Under the pieces are notes generated by a model. The model saw nothing but the letters and a program-made list of their open reading frames with translations. It was not told the origin of the DNA and made no database searches. A stretch of 47,131 nucleotides of DNA, taken from assembly GCA_963830365.1 (NCBI GenBank), contig CAWHMU010000025.1, positions 1-47,131 on the forward strand, read 5' to 3'. Made by a program: the position numbers and the translations under genes. This document shows, piece after piece, positions 1-9,590 of the stretch; positions within the stretch are counted from its first letter, which is position 1, and the number at the start of each line of letters is the position of its first letter. The stretch is from an uncultured Chlamydiae bacterium (GTDB lineage Bacteria > Chlamydiota > Chlamydiia > Chlamydiales > Parachlamydiaceae).

Positions 1-23
1 TGGCCGATCCGGCACGCAACTGG

Positions 24-964
24 GTGCAGGAGCGGGCCCAGGACTGGGCAGGGCGGCAAGGTCTGGACACATCGCCCCTGACGCTGCTGCGGCAGCGCAT
101 TTACATCTTGCCCACAGCACAAGGTCTCGTCTTCGCGACTGCTCTTGCTGGGCATGTTGCTGGGTTCAATGAACTCGGCGATGACCTTGGCTTCGGCATC
201 ACGTTCCTGCTGGCAGGTTTGGCGTTGGTCAGCATGTACCACTGCCACGGCAACCTGGACGGCCTGTCGCTTACCACCGGTCACTGCGAACCGGTTTTCG
301 TTGGCGCAACCGCGCACCCGAAAATCGTCTGGAAAACACTCGCGACAGGCCGCGTTTCGGCCTGACCCTGTGGCATGAAAATCGCCAGCAGGCGATGCTG
401 GACGTGGCTGGTGCGGCCTCGCCAGGCTCGAGCGTTCAGTCTTGCGGCAACGCGACGCGGACGCGTGCGCATCGGCGGTTCTCAATCGCCAGCCGTTTCC
501 CATTCGGACTTTTTCGCGCCTGGACCTGGGTCCATATGCCCCTCGAATGCGTCGTATACCCGCGGCCCGCGGACATCGCACCGCCGCCACCGGTGAGCTA
601 CACCGATACGGGCGGCGCGCAGCAATCCGGCAAGGGCGACGAGGATTTCGCCGGGCTGCGAGATTATCGCCCCGGTGACTCTCCCAGACATATCGCCTGG
701 AAAGCGTTTGCCCGCGGTCAGGAACTGCTGGTCCGCCAGTTTGCCGGCACCCGCGTGGTGAAACATATATTTGATCTCGATGACGTCCCGGCAGCAGGCC
801 TCGAGGAAAAACTGTCCATCATGTGTCGCTGGATTGTGGATGCGCATACAGCAGGCGAGGCGTTCGGCTTGAGATTGCCAGGTGTTGCCGAGGAACCCGG
901 CATCGGCCGCGCGCATCTGCAGAACTGCCTGACAAGGCTTGCGCTGTTCGGTGAACACGATTGA
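24..964 (+). pseudogene. DUF58-family protein (MoxR-associated), frameshifted in its 5' part
   Basis: Pieces in alternating frames: IYILPT..GL.F, MLLGSMN, LGFGITFLL, then FPFGLFRAWTW, EDFAGLRDYRPGDSPRHIAWKA. Several indels in nt 130-480 may be sequencing errors. Confidence 0.75.
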
Positions 965-2208
965 ACGAGAATATTGAAGAGCGAGACAGCAGTACCAGAC
1001 TGCGCTGGGTACTGCTTGCCGCCGGCATTGCGATTGTCCCACATGTAGGGCACATGCCCGCCTGGATATCGCTGCTCGTGTTTACCTTGCTTGGCTGGCG
1101 CCTGGCGGTCACTTTCAGTCGCTGGCCCTTGCCGCCCCGCTGGCTGCGTCTTGGCCTCGCCATTCTGGTGGTGGCAGGTGTATTTCTCAGCTATCAAACC
1201 ATCAACGGGCTTGATGCGGGCAGTGCCCTGGTGGTGGGCATGCTTGGCATGAAGTTGCTGGAAACCCGCCAGGCGCGCGACTTGCTCGTCATCGTCCTGA
1301 TTGCCTACTTCCTGCTGGTAGTGAATTTTCTCTATTCGCAGGATGTCTTTATATTGGTCTACAGCATCCCCGCCACCTGGATCATCACCGTGGCGCTGCT
1401 GCAGGTGGCGGGCAGTCATCGGGCATTGCCGGCAGGTAGCGCGGCCAGGTTCGCCGGCTCGGCTCTCTTGCAGGCCGCCCCGCTTATGCTGCTGCTGTTC
1501 CTGCTGTTCCCCCGGGTGCCGGGGCCGCTTTGGGGCCTGCCGGCGCGCAATGAAGCGGTGACCGGCCTCGACGATGAAATGAGCCCGGGGACCATTACCC
1601 GCTTGAGCCTGTCGGACGAGGTTGCCTTCACGGTGCGATTTGAAGGCAAGCCGCCGCCACAGGAAGAGCTCTACTGGCGCGGACCGGTATTGCATCGCTT
1701 TGACGGCCGCACCTGGCGGCGCAGCTGGCGCAACTATGCGAACCAGAGCGGCTTCACTTATCGCGGCCAGCCGTGGCGTTATGAAGTGACGCTGGAACCG
1801 CACAACCGCCACTGGCTGTTTGCGCTCGACCTGCCCGGCGAACCTGGGAAAGGACAACGCCTCGCCTACGACTTCCAGCTGCTGAGCCAGGAACCGGTAA
1901 CCAGTCTCAGACGCTATTCGGTTGCCTCTTATCCCGAACACAGTCTCGATCCGTCGCCCGGCCCGGGTCTGCTGCGCTACGAGCTTTACTTGCCGGAAGA
2001 CCGCAATCCAAGGACAGTGGAATTCGCACGTAATTTGCGCTCGCAGGTGAGCAGCGATCGGATATTCGTGCAGCGTGCGCTCAGCCAATTTAACCAGCAG
2101 GAGTTTATCTACACCCTGGAGCCGTTGCCGCTGGAGGGTACCGATCCCGTCGACCGCTTTCTTTTCGAAACGATGGAAGGCTTCTGCGAGCACTACGCAT
2201 CGGCATGA
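961..2208 (+). pseudogene. tgpA: TgpA-like membrane transglutaminase (DUF3488 + TGase domain), truncated at the 3' end
   Basis: Multiple TM helices; LFPR..GPLW, TGL.D.M.PG, LYWRGPVL..FDG..W. Ends at GFCEHYASA, the catalytic Cys motif, so the rest of the TGase domain is missing. Overlaps the DUF58 stop. Confidence 0.85.
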
Positions 2209-2259
2209 AAAGCTGAACGGCTGATTATCTTTTATCTTTAAAACCGACAGAGCGGACTC

Positions 2260-2293
2260 AGCGGACAACAGCATTATAAAACGCTGTTGTCCG
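2260..2293. terminator. Hairpin downstream of hsp20 (GCGGAC repeat family)
   Basis: gcggacaacagc-loop-gctgttgtccg inverted repeat just past the hsp20 stop. Confidence 0.55.
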
Positions 2294-2309
2294 TCGCCCG
2301 TGAAGATCG

Positions 2310-2759
2310 TTATTTCTTAGGATTACCAGCTTTAACGGCAATTTTCTTAGTTTCACCGGCCTTAGCTAACTGTAAGGACACCTTCAAGACGCCATCGACA
2401 TACTCAGCTTGAGGTTCTTGTTTCTCATCGGTCTGCGCAGGCAGGGCGACGGAGTAGGAATAGCTTCTGCTTGATGAGCGGTAGAACTTTCTCTTCTTGT
2501 CTTTCTCTTCTTCTTTAGCTTCGCCTTTGACCAAGAGCACGCCTTTGTTGAGGCTGACTTCAATATCTTTGGGATTTAGGCCGGGCAGTGGCACTTCGAC
2601 ATGCAGATGATTATCTTCTTCATAAATCCTAGCTCCTTTAGCTGTAATATCATCCTTAAAAGGCAAAAAATCTTCATCAAAAATATTTGACAGCAGATTT
2701 GGAAATTGTCTGATTGGTCTATCCAGAAGTTCTGGCAAAAAATTGCGTACCATAACCAT
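2310..2759 (-). CDS. Small heat-shock protein, Hsp20/alpha-crystallin family
   Basis: 149 aa; VEVPLPGLNPKDIEVSL, LLVKGE, AEYVDGVLKVSL motifs. Confidence 0.93.
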   Translation of the reverse strand: MVMVRNFLPELLDRPIRQFPNLLSNIFDEDFLPFKDDITAKGARIYEEDNHLHVEVPLPGLNPKDIEVSLNKGVLLVKGEAKEEEKDKKRKFYRSSSRSYSYSVALPAQTDEKQEPQAEYVDGVLKVSLQLAKAGETKKIAVKAGNPKK

Positions 2760-3026
2760 TATCCCTAATTTTTAAATATTTAAGTAATTTCATTTATTGG
2801 AAGAAAGCGCCTTGCTATGACTAATAACAAGTTAGTATTTTAAATTAAAGCTTATCATTCCTGCTGCAGCATCCAGAAGTCCTGACGCTGGCCGAATTCA
2901 TACGGCTCTTTGAAAAGCTCAATAGCTGATTCTCAACAACTGATTTTTGAGCCATTCGGACACGACAACTGTGGCTACATGCGCTGCCGCCTATAGTTTT
3001 AGGTTTCTTGAGCTCTTGTGCATATG

Positions 3027-3532
3027 TGTGTTAAGTCCGGAGCGCATGCCGAGGACGTTTGCTAATAGCCCACCGTGACTGAGCGATTAGCGAAGGAACG
3101 GTGGGAATGGCGCAAAATTTTATCGAGCCCGGAGCGAAAGCGAAGGGCGATTGATTCTATTTTATATGGACCGAAATTTGAGCTGTTGACATGAATACTT
3201 CATTGATCAAAAAAGAGGGATTTGGAATTTTGTCTTGGCAAGAAAGATACGGAGGATTCTCGGTTAAAAATCTCATGTAGAACAAATTAAAGGATATATT
3301 GAAAATCAAAAGGAGCATCATAAATTAAAATCCTTCGAGGATGAAATTGTACTATTGAATCGTCAGTGGGGCGCGACTTGGATGCAAGCGTGATCTGCAT
3401 AAAATCAATCGCCCTTTGCTTCCGCTCCGGGCTCGATGAGACTTTGGGCCGTTCCCACCGTTCCTTCGCTAATCGCTTAGTCACGGTGGGCTATTAGCAA
3501 ACGTCCTCCGCATGCGCTCCGGACTTAGCACA
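3027..3532. mobile_element. Decayed IS200/IS605-type (Y1/RAYT-like) element with ~130-bp inverted repeat arms
   Basis: 3027-3160 (tgtgttaagtccggagcgcatgc...gggcgattgatt) is the reverse complement of ~3398-3532 with few mismatches. The interior encodes a tnpA C-terminal remnant. Confidence 0.8.
3200..3393 (+). pseudogene. tnpA: IS200-family Y1 transposase C-terminal remnant
   Basis: Manual translation: SLIKKEGFGILSWQERYGGFSV / frameshift near 3266 / KSHVEQIKGYIENQKEHHKLKSFEDE...*. Matches the WQxGYGAFSV...YIxNQxEHH consensus. The HUH N-terminal part is absent. Confidence 0.8.
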
Positions 3533-3611
3533 GAAAAAAAGTATTAAGAAATATATAAACTACATGCTGCCGCCGTATGCACGGCTAACTTACAGTCAAT
3601 GTTTTTTTAAT

Positions 3612-3725
3612 GCGGACGAAGCGGACCGCAACCACGGACGAGGCGGACAATAGCATGAAATCCTGCCGGAATCAACTGTCCACCTAATCCGGGGGCGGCT
3701 GTCCGTTCTGTCCGCTTCGTCCATT
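3612..3725. repeat. Imperfect hairpin of GCGGAC/GTCCGC units
   Basis: gcggacgaagcggac...gtccgttctgtccgcttcgtcc; related motif at 2245-2300. Confidence 0.55.
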
Positions 3726-3824
3726 TCGGCATGATGAAAGCATGATGAAAGAGTGATTGCTAAAATGCCCTCTCTAATGCCAAAATGAACGCTTTCACCC
3801 CCAATAGATAAATAAAAGTCATCG

Positions 3825-5858
3825 ATGAAAGTCATTCTCACTGAAAAGCCCTCCGTGGCCCGCGATATCGCCGCCTTCTTAGGCGCAAGGCAACGCCATG
3901 AGGGCTACTTCGAGGGTAATGGCTACCAGGTGACGTGGGCCTTTGGCCACCTTATCTCGCTTAAAGAGCCCGAAGACTACGATCCGGCGCTCAAACGCTG
4001 GACGCTGGCCACCCTGCCCTTCATCCCCAAAGAATTCGAATTGAAAGTCGTGGCCGACAAAGGCATAAAAAAGCAATTTGGGGTCATTAAAAGCCTTTTC
4101 AAATCGGCCGCGGAACTGATCTGTGCCACCGATGCCGGACGGGAAGGCGAACTCATTTTCCGCTATATCCTCAGCATGACGCAATGTGGCAAGAAACCCT
4201 GGAAGAGGTTGTGGCTGTCATCGCTCACCGATGAAGCTTTGCAAAAAGCCTTCCAAAACCTAAAAGCCGGCAGCGACTATGACAACCTTTATGCCGCCGC
4301 CAGATGCAGGAGCGAATCGGATTGGATTGTCGGACTCAACGCCACGCGCAACTTCACGGTGCGCTACGGCAGGGGCAAGACATTATGGAGTGTCGGGCGC
4401 GTGCAGACGCCGATTTTGGCCATGATCGCCAAGCGCGACGATGAGATACGCCTCTTCAAAGCAGAGACCTTCTGGGAGCTTTTCACCAAGTACAGGGAGG
4501 TGGCCTTCAAGCTCAAGGGCAACCGCTTCAAAACCAAAGCTGAAGCGGATGGTGTATTGCAGCGGGTGCAAGGCCACCCATTTTCCATAGACAAGATGGA
4601 AAGCAAGAAGGAAAATGAACTGCCTCCCCTGCTCTACGACCTGACCGAGCTGCAACGGGATATGAACCGCCGCTTAGGACTGTCGGCAGCCGATACGCTG
4701 CAAGTGGCTCAGGAGCTATACGAACAGAAACTCATCACCTATCCCCGCACAGACTCACGCTATCTTACCAGCGACCTGAAAACACAAGTCGCTAATACCC
4801 TACAGCAACTAAAGCAACTCAAATCTAAAGAAATCGAACCCCTGGATTTGGCCCAGCTGCCCTTTTCGCCCCGCATCATCAACGATAAAAAAGTCACCGA
4901 CCACCATGCCATCATCCCCACGGGAAAACTGCCAAAAGGCTTATCGATGCACTCACAGGCAATTTACGACGCCATCGTCACCAGGCTGATTGCCGTTTTC
5001 TACCCTCCATGCGTCAAAGAACTCACCACCATCGACGGCCTGGCCAATAAAGAACCTTTTCAAGCCAAAGGCGTAAGAGTCCTGGTGCCGGGCTGGACGG
5101 CGCTTTATCCCAAGAAGTCGGAAGATGCCAAAGAGGCCCAAAAAGAACCTCAAGAGATGCAGGAACTGCCCCCCTTTCAGAAAGGGGAAAGCGGCCCGCA
5201 TGCACCATACGTCAAAGAAGGCAAGACCAAGCCCCCTGCCCATTACACCGAAAATGCCCTGCTGGGAGCCATGGAGACGGCAGGCAAGCTGATCGACGAT
5301 GAGGCCCTCAAAGAGGCCTTAAAAGACAAAGGCATCGGCACGCCGGCGACGCGGGCCTCGATCATCGAAACGCTGCTAAAGCGCAAATACATCCAGCGCG
5401 GCGGCAAAGCGCTGACAGCCACAGACTTAGGAAGATATTTGATTGCGCTGATCCAAGACCCAAACCTAAAATCGCCTGAGCTGACGGGAGAATGGGAATC
5501 GAAGCTTAAGGAAATCGAGCAGGGCAGGCTCAACGCGGTAGATTTCATGCAGCGCATCGGAAAGTTTACCGAGCAGTTGATCGCCAACAGCGATATCACC
5601 AGAATAAATTATGACGATTATGGCTGTTGCCCCAAATGCAAAAGCCCTGTCATCAAAGGAAACCGCGGCTATGGCTGCTCGAAATGGCGCGAAGGCTGCC
5701 CTTTCGTCCTCTGGAAAGAACATAAAGGCGTTGAACTCAATGAAGGACAAATCCGCAGTCTGCTGCAGAAGCGCATCCTATTGCAGCCCATCGGCAACAC
5801 CATCCTGACCCTTGCCGATAGCGGCGAAGTCTTGGAAATCCCCAATCCCATCATTTAA
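3825..5858 (+). CDS. topB: Type IA DNA topoisomerase, topoisomerase III-like
   Basis: EKPSVARDIA, ATDAGREGE, SVGRVQTP, ITYPRTDS (catalytic Tyr), DHHAIIPT, GIGTPATRA; C-terminal Zn ribbon. Confidence 0.92.
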   Translation: MKVILTEKPSVARDIAAFLGARQRHEGYFEGNGYQVTWAFGHLISLKEPEDYDPALKRWTLATLPFIPKEFELKVVADKGIKKQFGVIKSLFKSAAELICATDAGREGELIFRYILSMTQCGKKPWKRLWLSSLTDEALQKAFQNLKAGSDYDNLYAAARCRSESDWIVGLNATRNFTVRYGRGKTLWSVGRVQTPILAMIAKRDDEIRLFKAETFWELFTKYREVAFKLKGNRFKTKAEADGVLQRVQGHPFSIDKMESKKENELPPLLYDLTELQRDMNRRLGLSAADTLQVAQELYEQKLITYPRTDSRYLTSDLKTQVANTLQQLKQLKSKEIEPLDLAQLPFSPRIINDKKVTDHHAIIPTGKLPKGLSMHSQAIYDAIVTRLIAVFYPPCVKELTTIDGLANKEPFQAKGVRVLVPGWTALYPKKSEDAKEAQKEPQEMQELPPFQKGESGPHAPYVKEGKTKPPAHYTENALLGAMETAGKLIDDEALKEALKDKGIGTPATRASIIETLLKRKYIQRGGKALTATDLGRYLIALIQDPNLKSPELTGEWESKLKEIEQGRLNAVDFMQRIGKFTEQLIANSDITRINYDDYGCCPKCKSPVIKGNRGYGCSKWREGCPFVLWKEHKGVELNEGQIRSLLQKRILLQPIGNTILTLADSGEVLEIPNPII

Positions 5859-5941
5859 TTTGCTGGTTTCCTGGTTGAAAAGAATAGGGCATCTCTTGAT
5901 CATGAGGCTAAAATAGCACCGGATCGTAAGGAGACTTCCCC

Positions 5942-6997
5942 ATGGCAGAAATCAGCATCGGCGGCCGCAAAATCGGCGTGAACCACCCTCCTTATATCGT
6001 GGCTGAATTGTCCGGCAACCATAACGGCTCGTTAGAAAATGCGCTCAAGCTGGTGGAAGCGGCCAAAGCCGCCGGCGTGCATGCCGTCAAGCTGCAAACC
6101 TACACCCCCGACACCATCACCTTGGACGTTAAGGAAGGGGAATTTTTCATCAATGACCCGGCCAGCCTATGGCAGGGAAAGAGCCTCTATCAGCTGTATC
6201 AGGAAGCCTACACCCCGTGGGAATGGCATCAGCCGCTCTTCAAGCGCTGCCTGGAATTAGGCCTTACGGTCTTCAGCACGCCATTTGACGAGACGGCGGT
6301 GGATTTTTTAGAAACGCTGCAGGTGCCGTGCTATAAAATTGCTTCGCTGGAAATCGTCGATCTCCCCCTGATCCGCAAAGCAGCCGCGACGGGCAAGCCA
6401 TTGATTCTTTCCACCGGTGGATCGACCTTGGCTGAAATCGGCGAAGCGGTGGCGGCGGCCAGAGAGATCGGCTGCCGGGACCTTATCCTGCTGAAATGCA
6501 CCTCGGCCTATCCGGCGCTGCCCGCTGATTGTAATTTACGCACCCTTCCCCATCTGGCGGCCAGTTTTAACACCTTGGTAGGGCTTTCGGACCACACCTT
6601 AGGTCTTGGCGTGCCGATAGCCAGTGTGGCGCTGGGCGGCTGTTTCATTGAAAAACATCTATGCCTATCTCGAGAAGATGGCGGCGTGGATAGCGCCTTT
6701 TCGCTGGAACCGGCAGAATTTAAGAGTCTGGTCGCGGAAACCAAAACCGCCTGGGAGGCTTTGGGCAAAATCAACTACTCGGCCTTAAACTCTGAAAAAA
6801 CCACTATTGCTTTCCGACCTTCCCTCTACTTCATTCAGGATGTGGCGGCCGGTACCATCATCCAACCCGAGCATATCAGATCCCTAAGGCCGGGCCACGG
6901 CCTGCCGCCAAAGGAATTCGACAACCTTATCGGCTTACGGCTGGATAAAGGTGTCAAGAAAGGCACGCCTGTGTCCTGGCAGCTATTCAAAAGCTAG
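5942..6997 (+). CDS. pseI: Pseudaminic acid synthase (NeuB family)
   Basis: IVAELSGNHNG, VKLQTYTPDTIT, AYTPWEWH, KCTSAYP, GLSDHT, GGVDSAFSLEP; C-terminal SAF domain. Confidence 0.88.
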   Translation: MAEISIGGRKIGVNHPPYIVAELSGNHNGSLENALKLVEAAKAAGVHAVKLQTYTPDTITLDVKEGEFFINDPASLWQGKSLYQLYQEAYTPWEWHQPLFKRCLELGLTVFSTPFDETAVDFLETLQVPCYKIASLEIVDLPLIRKAAATGKPLILSTGGSTLAEIGEAVAAAREIGCRDLILLKCTSAYPALPADCNLRTLPHLAASFNTLVGLSDHTLGLGVPIASVALGGCFIEKHLCLSREDGGVDSAFSLEPAEFKSLVAETKTAWEALGKINYSALNSEKTTIAFRPSLYFIQDVAAGTIIQPEHIRSLRPGHGLPPKEFDNLIGLRLDKGVKKGTPVSWQLFKS

Positions 6998-7017
6998 CTT
7001 CAACCCTGCCAAAAAAA

Positions 7018-7123
7018 ACACCACCACAGAGACACCGAGGCAGAGAGAAGGGAATTAGAGATGTAGCATAATACCTATATTTCTGAATCCTTTCTCTGTG
7101 CCTCGGTGGCTCTGTGGTGGTGT
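7018..7123. repeat. CACAGAG-family long hairpin between convergent pseI and dacC (possible bidirectional terminator)
   Basis: acaccaccacagagacaccgaggcagagagaagg pairs with cctttctctgtgcctcggtggctctgtggtggtgt. Confidence 0.8.
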
Positions 7124-7138
7124 ATTATCTTAAAACAC

Positions 7139-8458
7139 CTAGTTTTTGCGCAGTTGCATGCCTACAATACCCAAGAACGACATGATGAGGATGAAACCGA
7201 AGATTTTAAGCAGCGTCCCGCCTAGACCTTGGTTAAAGAAGGTTTTCATGCGGAATATCCAGGTGGCTTTGACATCATCCTGTGCATAGAGGGTTGTCTT
7301 GGCTAAAACCTGTCCATTTTCCAGCTGCAGCGCGATTTCTCCAACAGACTGCATTTTAGACACCGGCAGCTGCACCTCCTTATCCCAATACAGCAAGCAT
7401 TTGACCTTCGGCTCTTCGGCCGGATAGTATGCCAAGGCCAGATCCTCGGTGGTGAGTGTGTGGATCGGCCGGACAGCGCCCGGCAGGTTGAGCTCAAACT
7501 TATGCGGGCCTTGCTTCACTAAAATGCGTTCAACCATGGGCTGGTTGAAGGCGGCTTCAAACATCTTCTTGGAATCCAGGAAGATATCCTTGCGGTCCTG
7601 CACTTTGAGCAGCACAGCAATCAAGGTGCGGTCGCCATCCCTGGCGGCTGCCACGAGGGTGCTGCCGGCGGTTGAATAATAGCCGGTCTTGATGCCGATG
7701 GCCTTTGGATAGAAATAGGGACCGCTGCGCAGCAAACGGTTAGTCTGCATCAGTACTGTCGGTTCTTGCTTGTTTGTCTTTGGTCTCGTATAGCGCACCG
7801 TGGAGACGATTTCGCAGAACAAAGGATCTTTGATGGCTGTGCGTGCCAGCATGGCCATGTCATAAGCTGTCGTCTGCTGTTTAGGATGATGCAGTCCGTG
7901 GGGATTGTAGAAGGTCGTCTCTAGGCACCCGGCCTGCTTGACATACTCATTCATCGCTTGCATAAACTGCGGAATGGTGCCGCCGACATATTTGGCAATC
8001 ACATTGGCGGCATCATCCCCCGAAGCCAGCATCATGCCATATAACAAATCGCGCAGGGACAACACCTCCCCTTTCTTGATGCCGATATGGGAGCCGTCTG
8101 GAATAAGAAAATATGCCGGCAGGGTGTAATTTGAGCGGCGTAGCGCCTCTTCGGTGACGGTGCCTATGCAATCCTGGTCGGCCGCGATCCCGGCATCCAG
8201 CTTGTCGCGGGCCATTTTCAGCGCGTAGCTGGCGGTGGCAATTTTGGTGATGCTGGCAGGGAAATGGGGATTATGGGCATTTTTCTCGTAGAGAATGGCG
8301 CCGGTGTCGGCATTCATGAGAATGGCAGCTTCGGCATTGACTTCCAGAGCCAACTGTTCTGCATTCGCGGTCGATGAAAGCGTCAGTATCACCGTGCACA
8401 TCATCACAAAGGGGGCAATAGCACAACGCGGCTGAAAGCACCTAAAACAGTTCATCAT
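7139..8458 (-). CDS. dacC: D-alanyl-D-alanine carboxypeptidase (peptidase S11, PBP5/6-like)
   Basis: Signal peptide, PASITK (SxxK), SGD in place of SxN, NPHGL, IKTG; C-terminal membrane anchor. Confidence 0.9.
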   Translation of the reverse strand: MMNCFRCFQPRCAIAPFVMMCTVILTLSSTANAEQLALEVNAEAAILMNADTGAILYEKNAHNPHFPASITKIATASYALKMARDKLDAGIAADQDCIGTVTEEALRRSNYTLPAYFLIPDGSHIGIKKGEVLSLRDLLYGMMLASGDDAANVIAKYVGGTIPQFMQAMNEYVKQAGCLETTFYNPHGLHHPKQQTTAYDMAMLARTAIKDPLFCEIVSTVRYTRPKTNKQEPTVLMQTNRLLRSGPYFYPKAIGIKTGYYSTAGSTLVAAARDGDRTLIAVLLKVQDRKDIFLDSKKMFEAAFNQPMVERILVKQGPHKFELNLPGAVRPIHTLTTEDLALAYYPAEEPKVKCLLYWDKEVQLPVSKMQSVGEIALQLENGQVLAKTTLYAQDDVKATWIFRMKTFFNQGLGGTLLKIFGFILIMSFLGIVGMQLRKN

Positions 8459-8630
8459 TCAAGCAATCCTTAAGTATCTTGGCAAGTATGCAAAGGGAAG
8501 TCCATTATACCAAATGGTTTCTAAATTCCAATTGAAAAGGTAAACGCCAGCGTCTTTGCGCAAACAAAAAAAATACTTTCCGTGGCATAAAACTTGCACA
8601 TGCAGTAATAAACAATAATTAAATTAATTA

Positions 8631-8660
8631 TTGATGAATAAAAACGATTTATTTTATAAT
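8631..8660 (+). promoter_or_regulatory. Putative sigma66/sigma70-type promoter
   Basis: TTGATG-18 nt-TATAAT in an AT-rich region ~25 nt before the ATG at 8685. Confidence 0.45.
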
Positions 8661-8684
8661 TAAAAATATAACAATGGCACAATC

Positions 8685-9113
8685 ATGACAAATCCATCAA
8701 TTTTAGAAGCTTGTTATAAACGCTATATGCAAGATATCGGCAAATGGCTGCCCGATGGAATTATGGATGTCAACCTTGAACTTTTGCATCGGCTGGATCT
8801 ATTGCATTATCACAGCAGAGACAATTTGGACTCTGCCTTGACGCGCTATTTTCATGTGGTGGAATCAGATGAAAAGCTCACGCTGGCAAATGATGATTTC
8901 GTGGTGTGGATTGTCCCTGAAAAAATCGAAAACACCTCTTTGACATACACCCTGATTGCCTTAAACAAAAATGACGAGTTGCAGCTGGAGATGGCCTTTT
9001 CCACCACCGGCATCTACAATAACTCGCATCTTGTCTTACGCCTGCTGGAAAGATTTCTGCTTGAAATTCAAAGTACAGAGGAGCTGCTGGCCAAACTGAA
9101 GCATACAGCGTAG
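8685..9113 (+). CDS. Conserved chlamydial hypothetical protein (CT550-like by position)
   Basis: 142 aa ORF between dacC and rsbW, as in the chlamydial gene order; FHVVESDEKLTL..F.VWIVP. Confidence 0.75.
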   Translation: MTNPSILEACYKRYMQDIGKWLPDGIMDVNLELLHRLDLLHYHSRDNLDSALTRYFHVVESDEKLTLANDDFVVWIVPEKIENTSLTYTLIALNKNDELQLEMAFSTTGIYNNSHLVLRLLERFLLEIQSTEELLAKLKHTA

Positions 9114-9140
9114 GATTAATTTTGGTTTTTGGCATTAATT

Positions 9141-9554
9141 TTAGTTTTTGGCATATTTAACCAATGTCAACACATTAGAATCACCAAGGCGCTGATAGCT
9201 GGCCTTATCCATAATTTTCTTCATCAAATACACGCCATATCCGCCGATTGGTTTTTGATCGATGGGCACGTTTGCACTGATGGGAGGAGCTTGTGTTAAA
9301 GGATCATAGGCAAAGCCCTGATCCTTAAGGGTGACTTCGATTCCAGCCGGCGAAGCCAGCTGTTTGCAGCTAATTTCGATGAACCCGTGGTTATTTGGAT
9401 AACCGTATTTGATGATATTGACCAAAGCCTCTTCCAGAGCTAATTCGATCTTTGAGGCCAAGTTATCATCGAAGCCGACTTGGGCAGCCTGGCTATTGAT
9501 GAACTGCAGCATCTCATTGAGTTTATCCAGCGAAGCCGAAAATGTGACGTTCAT
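9141..9554 (-). CDS. rsbW: Anti-sigma factor / Ser kinase RsbW (HATPase_c)
   Basis: LALEEALVNIIKYGY (N box), D.G..YDP, GGYGVYLMKKIMD. Confidence 0.9.
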   Translation of the reverse strand: MNVTFSASLDKLNEMLQFINSQAAQVGFDDNLASKIELALEEALVNIIKYGYPNNHGFIEISCKQLASPAGIEVTLKDQGFAYDPLTQAPPISANVPIDQKPIGGYGVYLMKKIMDKASYQRLGDSNVLTLVKYAKN

Positions 9555-9590
9555 TTCTCCAACCTATATCCAACATGATCATTTGGATTG

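Noticed and set aside
718..2274. 518-aa minus-strand ORF
   Set aside because: Antisense shadow of the GC-rich tgpA gene with no recognisable motifs.
2760..2880. CIRCE/HrcA operator upstream of hsp20
   Set aside because: No TTAGCACTC-N9-GAGTGCTAA match found by eye.
3287..3484. 65-aa minus-strand ORF
   Set aside because: Derived from the inverted-repeat arm; the real coding relic (tnpA) is on the plus strand.
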